Shown here: positions 57,397-64,000 of the stretch, piece by piece
Position numbering within the stretch: the stretch's first letter is position 1
How the letters are laid out: each line of letters begins with the position of its first letter
DNA from: Polyangiales bacterium
Lineage (GTDB): Bacteria; Myxococcota_A; Polyangia; Polyangiales; Polyangiaceae
DNA length: 64,000 nt
Assembly (NCBI GenBank): GCA_038230375.1
Contig: JBBRNJ010000035.1
Span: 1 to 64,000, forward strand
Direction: 5' to 3'
Program-made: the position numbers and the translations under genes
The notes under the pieces: model-generated
What the model was told of the DNA's origin: nothing
What the model saw: only the letters and a program-made list of their open reading frames with translations
Database searches by the model: none

Positions 57397-58329
57397 TCAG
57401 TCGTCGTCGTTGGTGCCGGTCGCGGGGACGCCGGGGAAGCGGACCACGTCCACCTGCAGGCTCTCGTCCGTCACGTCGACCTGCAGGAAATGGTGGAATG
57501 CATGCTCGGGCCCGGAGTCCGTGAGCGGCGCGCCGAGCCCGCCCGTGATGTAGCTCGGGATGTCACCTTGCACGAACCTGGAGAACTGGTGCAGGTGGCT
57601 CGCGACGATGAGCGAGACGCGATGCCGCATCATGATCTCGAGCGCGGCAACGGAGTCCTTCACAGCGGCCTCGCCGTCGTCGTCCATGCTGTGGCGTGAG
57701 ACAGGGTTGTTCGCGAGTGGCTTGTGCATGCCGACGATCACGTGCGTGGTGACAGCGGTTCCGCGCGCCGACACCAGGTCCTTCTCGAGCCAGTCCAGTT
57801 GCTCCTGGCCGAAGCCCCTCTGGCTCACGTTGTCGAGCGCGATGAAGTGGACGCCGCCCGGAAGATCCACCGAGTAGACCACCGCATGCGGGAGCGAGCT
57901 CTTCACCGGCGTACGCGCGTTGTCCAGGAAGCGCGCGCGGAACTTCTTCTTCGAATGATGGGTGCGGATGTTGAGCCCGCCGAACATCTTCACCTCGTGG
58001 TTGCCCACCACCGGGAAGAAGGGCATGGGGTCCAGGATGCGGAGCTCGTCGGAGAAGTGGCCCGCGAGCTCGGGCGTGAGCTCCATGTCGCCCAGGAACA
58101 TGAACGCGCTCGCACCACGTGCGTGCGCCTGACGGAACGCCCACGGGACCACGTTGGCAGTGTCGTCGCGCGAGTCGCCGCCGATGATGTAGCGGTGCGT
58201 GCCGCTCGCGGGGCCCGTGGGCACGGGCGCGGCGTCGCCGGCCCTGGGCGCGGGCGTGGCTCCACCGCCGCATGCGAGCAGCGTGGCCGCACAGAGCAAG
58301 AGAGCGCGAATCGAGGGCGAAAACAGCAA
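57397..58329 (-). CDS. Calcineurin-like metallophosphoesterase lipoprotein
   Basis: GDSR, LGDM, GNHE, MH.P, SHLH; lipobox LLAC; start approximate. Confidence 0.85.
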   Translation of the reverse strand: MLFSPSIRALLLCAATLLACGGGATPAPRAGDAAPVPTGPASGTHRYIIGGDSRDDTANVVPWAFRQAHARGASAFMFLGDMELTPELAGHFSDELRILDPMPFFPVVGNHEVKMFGGLNIRTHHSKKKFRARFLDNARTPVKSSLPHAVVYSVDLPGGVHFIALDNVSQRGFGQEQLDWLEKDLVSARGTAVTTHVIVGMHKPLANNPVSRHSMDDDGEAAVKDSVAALEIMMRHRVSLIVASHLHQFSRFVQGDIPSYITGGLGAPLTDSGPEHAFHHFLQVDVTDESLQVDVVRFPGVPATGTNDDD

Positions 58330-58331
58330 GA

Positions 58332-60284
58332 TCAGTGACCTCCGTCCTGCGCGCGCGCAGGCAGGTGGGTGAGGAGCTGGGTGAGCGTCCATCGTGACAT
58401 CTCCTCCGCGCCCGCGCCGTCAGGATGCAGACCGTCTGGCCGCTGCGACACTCCGTCGATCGCGCGGATGCAGTCCTGCGTGGGGCAGACGTGGCCCATG
58501 AGGTCCAGCGTGGGCAGCTGCTTCTCGTCCGCCACCTCCTTCAGGATGCCATCGAAGCACTCGACCCATTCGACCACGCCTTCGTAGCGCCATCGATCCA
58601 TCGGGTACGGCACCAGGGTGATCACGACCTGCCCGGCGTTCGTGCCCATCTCGTCGATCAGCTCCACGAGGCGGGCCTTGTAGGTCGCATGCCAGCCCGC
58701 GTCGCATGCGTGCTCGGGCTGTCCATCGACCATCATCTTTGCGTAGTAGCCGCCGCCCAGCACGATGAGCGTGACATCGGGCTTGAGCTCCGCGGTGTCC
58801 GCAACCCAACGCGACGCGCAGCCGGGGTTCCTCTGCGTGCTGCCGGGCTTGCCGTGATTCACGGTCAGGTTCTGCACGATGCTGCAGTCGCCCACGCCGC
58901 GATGCGCGACCCACATCCGTCGCTCGTCTTGACGGTGGCGCAGCGCCACGCCCAGCTTCTGCGCGACCGAGTCGCCAACGACGAGCACGCGCGGCGTCCC
59001 CGCGGGAAGGTCGGACGCGGGCAGCAGGGTCTCCACGTCGGCCGAGTACGCGCCCGGGAACGGCGGATGGAACGAGTGCCCCTGCCCAGGCGGCGGCTCG
59101 TGCGTGGCGACCGGCGCCGGCGGAATCGGACGCGCGCGCGTTCCCGCGACCACCGAGAGCGCTGCGACGGCGAACGCAGCGGGCACGACCCAGATCGGCT
59201 TCCCGAACGGCAGGCCCTTCGTACGGATCGGGCGCTCGAAGAACCTGTCCGACAGCATGGCGGTAACGAGCGTGAGCGACATGCGAAGGAGCTGCAGCTT
59301 GATCCCCTCGATGTGCGTTCGATCAGGGGTGAGCAGGCAGTCGATGGGCCAGTGCCACAGGTAGACCCCGTAGCTGATGGTCCCCATGTACGCGAGCGGC
59401 CGGATCGAGAAGAGGCGCGCAACGAGGCTCTTTTTCCCTGCGACCGCGCATGCGATGAGCACCAGGGCGAGCGCCTCGTTCAGCCAGAGCCCGCCGCGGT
59501 AAACGAACGCCCTCTGCCCGTCCAGCTTCACCCACGCGATGCCGAGCAGCACGATGGTGACGGCGCCGAACCCGTCCAGCACGCGCGCGGTGCGCACGCT
59601 CATCTCCGTCTTCGAGGGGAGCAGGATGGAGAGCACCACCCCCGCGAGGATCGAGGCCGCGCGCGTGTCCGTCCCGAAGTACACGCGCGAGGTGTGGTCC
59701 ATGTCGTAGAGCACGAGCATGAGCAGCATGGAGCCCAGGAGGAGCGCGAGCGTCACGAAGAGCAGCGTCTTCCGGCCCTTCTTCAGCACGCCGAACACGA
59801 GCGTGACGATGAGCGGCCACGCGACGTAGAACTGCTCCTCGATCGCCAGGCTCCACGTGTGCTCGAGCGGCGACGGCGCGATGAAGAGATCCCAGTAGCT
59901 CTTCTCCGAGAGGATCGCGCGCCAGTTCGCGACGTACGCCAGCGTGGCGAGCGCGTCCTTGCGCAGCCCCGCGAGCTCGTCCGGGCTCGCGACGAACCGC
60001 GCATAGAGCGCGATGGCGGGCATGATGGAGAGGAGCGCGGGAAAGAGCCTGCGCGCACGACGCACCCAGAACGCCTTGAGATCGAGCGTGCCCGTCGCGT
60101 CGAGCTCCGCCAGTATGATCGACGTGATCAGATAGCCGGACAGCACGAAGAACAGGTCCACGCCCAGGTATCCACCACGCAGCAGAGCGTCTGCATGGAA
60201 GAGCACCACGCCTATGACCGCCACGCCGCGCAGGCCGTCGAGCGCGGGCAGATGGGGAATCGTGGCGCGGTGGGCGGAGGCCAA
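58332..60284 (-). CDS. AT3 acyltransferase fused to SGNH domain (OafA/OatA-like)
   Basis: LDGLRG, GVDLFFVLSG, RRARRL, HTWSLAIEEQFY, SYGVYLWHWP; GDS and DGLH; TTG 60284. Confidence 0.92.
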   Translation of the reverse strand: MASAHRATIPHLPALDGLRGVAVIGVVLFHADALLRGGYLGVDLFFVLSGYLITSIILAELDATGTLDLKAFWVRRARRLFPALLSIMPAIALYARFVASPDELAGLRKDALATLAYVANWRAILSEKSYWDLFIAPSPLEHTWSLAIEEQFYVAWPLIVTLVFGVLKKGRKTLLFVTLALLLGSMLLMLVLYDMDHTSRVYFGTDTRAASILAGVVLSILLPSKTEMSVRTARVLDGFGAVTIVLLGIAWVKLDGQRAFVYRGGLWLNEALALVLIACAVAGKKSLVARLFSIRPLAYMGTISYGVYLWHWPIDCLLTPDRTHIEGIKLQLLRMSLTLVTAMLSDRFFERPIRTKGLPFGKPIWVVPAAFAVAALSVVAGTRARPIPPAPVATHEPPPGQGHSFHPPFPGAYSADVETLLPASDLPAGTPRVLVVGDSVAQKLGVALRHRQDERRMWVAHRGVGDCSIVQNLTVNHGKPGSTQRNPGCASRWVADTAELKPDVTLIVLGGGYYAKMMVDGQPEHACDAGWHATYKARLVELIDEMGTNAGQVVITLVPYPMDRWRYEGVVEWVECFDGILKEVADEKQLPTLDLMGHVCPTQDCIRAIDGVSQRPDGLHPDGAGAEEMSRWTLTQLLTHLPARAQDGGH

Positions 60285-60324
60285 GACAGCCCACCTATAG
60301 CCCGAGCGCTGGTACGCTGCGTGA

Positions 60325-60990
60325 GTGAAAAGCACGGTCGAGACCATCATCCTCGTGCGGCATGACGTATCGTCGGCCAACCTGGATCCGTCGGTGTACA
60401 AGCAGCTTCCGGATCACACGATCCCGCTCGCTGATCCGCACTCCGAACGGCTCGCGCGCGCTGGGCTCCTGGTGCGCTCGTTGTCGCTCGCAGCGGAGAA
60501 GACCGCCAGCTGGTGCTCGCCCTACGTGCGGTGCGCACAGACCGAGGCCGCCGTGCTGGAGCACGCGTTCGGCGCGGATGCGGTGCATATCCGGCGGCGC
60601 GAAGCGTTCCTCCTGCGCGAGCAAGACTTCGGCGACTGGGACAGCCTGACCGACGAAGAGGCGAAGCAGAAGCTGCCTGACTCCTTCGCGAAGCGGCAAC
60701 GCCTGACGGACAACCTGGGCAAGTTCTACTTCCGCTATCCGAACGGAGAGAGCCGCGCGGACGTCGTGCAGCGCATCATCCTGTTCTTCGGCAAGCTGCA
60801 CCGGAGCGACTTCTCGCACCACATCGTGTTCCTGCACGGCGTGTCGCAGCGAGCGTTTCGCATGGCATGGTGCAACCGACCCGTCGACTGGTTCGAGGAA
60901 GAACCCAACCCTGCGAACGCGAGCGTGCTGCTCATCCGCCGGGACACACACGGCGCATGGCACGAGGACTACATGTCAAGATCGACGTGA
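60325..60990 (+). CDS. Histidine phosphatase (PGM family)
   Basis: LVRHD (RHG variant), SPY.RC.QT, LREQDFGDW, YP.GES, HG. Confidence 0.85.
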   Translation: MKSTVETIILVRHDVSSANLDPSVYKQLPDHTIPLADPHSERLARAGLLVRSLSLAAEKTASWCSPYVRCAQTEAAVLEHAFGADAVHIRRREAFLLREQDFGDWDSLTDEEAKQKLPDSFAKRQRLTDNLGKFYFRYPNGESRADVVQRIILFFGKLHRSDFSHHIVFLHGVSQRAFRMAWCNRPVDWFEEEPNPANASVLLIRRDTHGAWHEDYMSRST

Positions 60991-61737
60991 GGGGCTCTTC
61001 GCCTTTGCGCCAGTCTTGCGCGCGGGCTTCGGCGTGGCCTTCGCGCCCATCTTCACAGGCTTCACGCTCGCCTTCGGGCCCGCGAGCGTCGCGCTCTCCA
61101 GCAGGCTGCGCATCACGTTGAGCGTCTCCGCGATCACCGTCTCCTGTGCAAGGGCGGCGTCTGGCACCTTCATCGCAAGCGGACCATCCAGAAGCAGGCA
61201 CGCGAGCCCGTGCGCGAGCGACCATCCCAGCACGACCAGCCCCTGCTGCGACCGACCCGGAAAGAGGCCTGCGTCGATGCAGTCCTGCACCGCGGAATAG
61301 AGCTGCGCAAAGGCGCGATCGCCGCACGCCTTGGCAGTGGGAAAGCGCTGGATGTCCACGAAGTCGGGGCGGAACATCAGGCGGAACAGGGCCGGGTGAT
61401 CGAACGCGAACTCCACGTAGATCCGGGCGAGCGCGGTGAATCTGGCGATGGGCGTCTCGCTCGGGTCGCGGCCCTTCTCCAGGCGGTCTGCGAGGATGGT
61501 GAAGCCCTCCTCGCACAGCGCGGCCAGGATGGACTCGCGGTCCTCGAAGTAGTGGTACGGCGCCTGATGGCTCACACCTGCGGCGCGCGCGACCTCACGC
61601 ATGGAGAGCTTCGCGAGCCCACCCTCGGCGATCAGGCGTACCGCCGCGGCAAGCACGGCCGAGCGCACGTCCTCGTGGATGAGCGCGGCCACCTTGGTGG
61701 CACCCCTTGGGTGGAGATCTGTGCGAGCGCGGCTCAT
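60976..61737 (-). CDS. TetR family regulator (WHG-type C-terminus)
   Basis: LSMREVARAAGVSHQAPYHYF; WSLAHG. Confidence 0.92.
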   Translation of the reverse strand: MSRARTDLHPRGATKVAALIHEDVRSAVLAAAVRLIAEGGLAKLSMREVARAAGVSHQAPYHYFEDRESILAALCEEGFTILADRLEKGRDPSETPIARFTALARIYVEFAFDHPALFRLMFRPDFVDIQRFPTAKACGDRAFAQLYSAVQDCIDAGLFPGRSQQGLVVLGWSLAHGLACLLLDGPLAMKVPDAALAQETVIAETLNVMRSLLESATLAGPKASVKPVKMGAKATPKPARKTGAKAKSPSRRS

Positions 61738-61793
61738 CCGATCTGAGAGTGCACCGCGCAATGAGGGCCGTCAAGGCCAGCCCATGCGCATTC

Positions 61794-61865
61794 TAGACAC
61801 TGTCAATGGACAGTGTCTACTTGGGCCTTGACAGTGTCTGCCGGCGGCCTCATAGACACTGTCAG
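61794..61865. promoter_or_regulatory. Four GACAnTGTC palindromic operators between tetR and RND genes
   Basis: 13-mers at 61794, 61807, 61828 and 61853; TTGACA embedded on both strands. Confidence 0.85.
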
Positions 61866-61878
61866 GGAGGAGTCACCC

Positions 61879-62937
61879 ATGAACATGTGGACGTCGCTCG
61901 GGGTGTTCTCTCTCGTGTCGCTGGCGTTGGTCTCTGGTTGCCAGGGGGCGGAGTCGGACGCGCACGCCGCGGAGCCGGCGCAGCTCGTGGAGGCGGACAC
62001 CGCGGTGCGGCTCGGTGACGTGGAGGCTGGGCCGGTATCACGGCCGATTCGCGGCACCGGCGTGGTCAGGCTGAAGAGCGAGGCGGACCTCTCGTTCAAG
62101 GTGGGCGGCGTGATCGCCGCGCTCTACGTCGAGGAGGGCGCGCTCGTGCGCAAGGGTCAGGTCCTGGCGAGCCTGGATCCCACGGAGGTGGACGCGGCGC
62201 TGCGTCAGGCAAAGGAGGGCACCACGAAGGCGGACCGCGATCTGGAGCGCGTGTCGAAGCTCACGGCGAGCGGCGCCCTGCCCACGGCCAACCTGGAGGA
62301 CGCGCAGACCGCGGCGGCGCTATCGCACGCGGCGCTCACGGCGGCGCAGTTCAATTCGCAGCGCTCGCACATCGTGGCTCCCGACGACGGACGTATCGAC
62401 CGGCGCATGGCGGAGAACGGCGAGATCGCGGCGCCAGGGCGACCCATCTTCCATCTGAGCGGGCGGTCGCGCGGCGCCGTGGTGAAGGTCGGGCTCACCG
62501 ATCGCGACGTGCTTCGTGTGAAGGAGGGCGACCGCGCCCAGGTCGTGTGCGATGCACGCCCGGAGGCCCCGCTCGTTGGCGTGGTCTCACAGATCGCGAC
62601 GGTCGCCTCCCCGTCTTCCGGCACGTTCGACGTGGAGATCCGCCTGGCCTCACCGCCCGCCGGCATGCTGTCGGGGCTCACGGCCAAGGTGGTGATCCCG
62701 CACGATGAGGACGCCGTCGCCGTGGTGCCGGTGAGCGCGCTCACGCTCGGCAGGGGCAACCTGGCGTCCGTGTTCACGGTGGTGGACGGGCACGCGAAGA
62801 AGGTCGACGTCACGATCGCGTTCCTCCTGGACGACCGCGCAGCGCTCTCCGCTGCAGCACTGCCGCGTGGCTCTCGCGTGGTCTCGGGCGGTGCGGCGGA
62901 GCTCTCCGACGGCATGCGGGTGCGCGTCGTCCAGTAA
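61879..62937 (+). CDS. RND efflux membrane-fusion lipoprotein
   Basis: GGAGGAG RBS; VSGC lipobox; LSFKVGG, GQVLASLD, IVAP.DG. Confidence 0.92.
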   Translation: MNMWTSLGVFSLVSLALVSGCQGAESDAHAAEPAQLVEADTAVRLGDVEAGPVSRPIRGTGVVRLKSEADLSFKVGGVIAALYVEEGALVRKGQVLASLDPTEVDAALRQAKEGTTKADRDLERVSKLTASGALPTANLEDAQTAAALSHAALTAAQFNSQRSHIVAPDDGRIDRRMAENGEIAAPGRPIFHLSGRSRGAVVKVGLTDRDVLRVKEGDRAQVVCDARPEAPLVGVVSQIATVASPSSGTFDVEIRLASPPAGMLSGLTAKVVIPHDEDAVAVVPVSALTLGRGNLASVFTVVDGHAKKVDVTIAFLLDDRAALSAAALPRGSRVVSGGAAELSDGMRVRVVQ

Positions 62938-62989
62938 GGCACCACTCCGTCGCGATCCTCACAGAGGCTGTTTTTCAGGGAGAATTTGC

Positions 62990-64000
62990 ATGTTGAGCGC
63001 GTTTGCGGTCAAGCGTTGGCAGTTCACGCTCGTGGTGTTCATTGCGCTCTGCGCGCTGGGCGTGCAGTCGCTCCTGTCCATCCCCAAGTCGGAGGACCCC
63101 ACGTTTCCCTTCGCCACGTTCGTGGTGGTCGCGGTGCTTCCTGGCGCAACGCCGAACGACATGGAGCGGCTGGTCGTCGATCCCGTGGAGACCAAGCTCA
63201 AGGCGCTGGACGACGTGAAGAAGCTGACCACCGAGATGGAGGACAGCCTGAGCGTCACGCAGATCGAGTTTCGCGCGGGCTCCGACCCCGACCGCAAGCG
63301 AGACGAGGTGCTGCGCGAGGTGACTGCGCGGCGGCCCACGCTGCCCGCGGAACTCGTTCGCCTGGACGTGAGGCAGTTCAACGCCGCAAAGGTGAACATC
63401 GCGGAGGTAGCGCTGCTGTCGGACACCGCGAGCTACCACGAGCTCGACATCCTGGCGCGCGCTCTCAAGAAGCGCGTGGAGAACCAGCCCGGCGTGGACG
63501 CAGTGGAGATCGCCGGCCTTCCGAAGCAAGAGGTGACGGTCACGCTGGACCTTCCGCGCATGGTCGCGCTGGGCCTGTCACCCGCGGAGCTCCTGTCCGC
63601 TGTCGGCGCGGAGAGCGCGAACGTGCCGGCGGGCAGCGTGGAGGCCGGTGCGCGCCGCTTCAACGTGAAGGCCAGCGGGGACTACGCGTCCACGGACGAG
63701 ATCCGCGAGACCATCGTCCGGTCTGCAGGCGGCAGCGCCATCCGCGTGCGCGACGTGGCCACTGTCACCATGGGAGACGTGGAGGCTGCGCCGCTTGCGC
63801 GGTGGAACGGCAAGCGCGCCGTGCTGATCGCCGTGAACCAGAAGGAGAACCAGAACGTCTTCCACTCCAAGGCAGGCATAGACAAGGAGCTCGCCCTCTT
63901 CGAGAAGACGCTGCCGCAGACCGTCAGACTGGAGCGCGGCTTCGATCAGTCGAAGAACGTTGCGCACCGCATGAGCGGCTTCACGCGTGACTTCGGTCTC
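62990..64000 (+). CDS. RND efflux permease (AcrB family), truncated by window end
   Basis: Absent from the ORF track. Manual translation from ATG 62990: MLSAFAVKRWQFTLVV...IPKSEDP...PGATPNDMERLVVDP. Confidence 0.9.
   Translation, partial: MLSAFAVKRWQFTLVVFIALCALGVQSLLSIPKSEDPTFPFATFVVVAVLPGATPNDMERLVVDPVETKLKALDDVKKLTTEMEDSLSVTQIEFRAGSDPDRKRDEVLREVTARRPTLPAELVRLDVRQFNAAKVNIAEVALLSDTASYHELDILARALKKRVENQPGVDAVEIAGLPKQEVTVTLDLPRMVALGLSPAELLSAVGAESANVPAGSVEAGARRFNVKASGDYASTDEIRETIVRSAGGSAIRVRDVATVTMGDVEAAPLARWNGKRAVLIAVNQKENQNVFHSKAGIDKELALFEKTLPQTVRLERGFDQSKNVAHRMSGFTRDFGL

Overview
GC-rich bacterial DNA that looks like Myxococcota (Polyangia/Labilithrix-like). This is inferred from many Cys-rich lipoproteins, a TonB_C-fused receptor, a Hanks kinase and an FHA protein. 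I call about 57 CDS and see no rRNA, tRNA, CRISPR, integrase or transposase. Recognisable loci: two P450s (one with a divergent TetR), a yehI/yehLMPQ-type MoxR-VWA-SWIM cluster, RNase J-CHAD, cyclophilin, FHA, MutT, a kinase divergent from a SigK/RskA-like ECF pair and DUF3516 helicase, a PstS-fold/porin/TonB-receptor envelope cluster, an AT3-SGNH acyltransferase and a TetR-RND efflux locus. Best novelty candidate: a compositionally distinct, translationally coupled cassette at 46228-49192. It encodes a leader ORF, XRE-HTH::PP2C phosphatase, RsbW-like kinase, STAS protein and an atypical frameshifted LDH/MDH-fold enzyme, with no sigma factor. Other leads: overlapping SigK-type promoters pointing at a kinase with a triplicated unnamed domain, a same-strand (TCGACY)n repeat family with skewed flanks, and a non-canonical P450. 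All calls come from motif reading by eye; no database searches were run.
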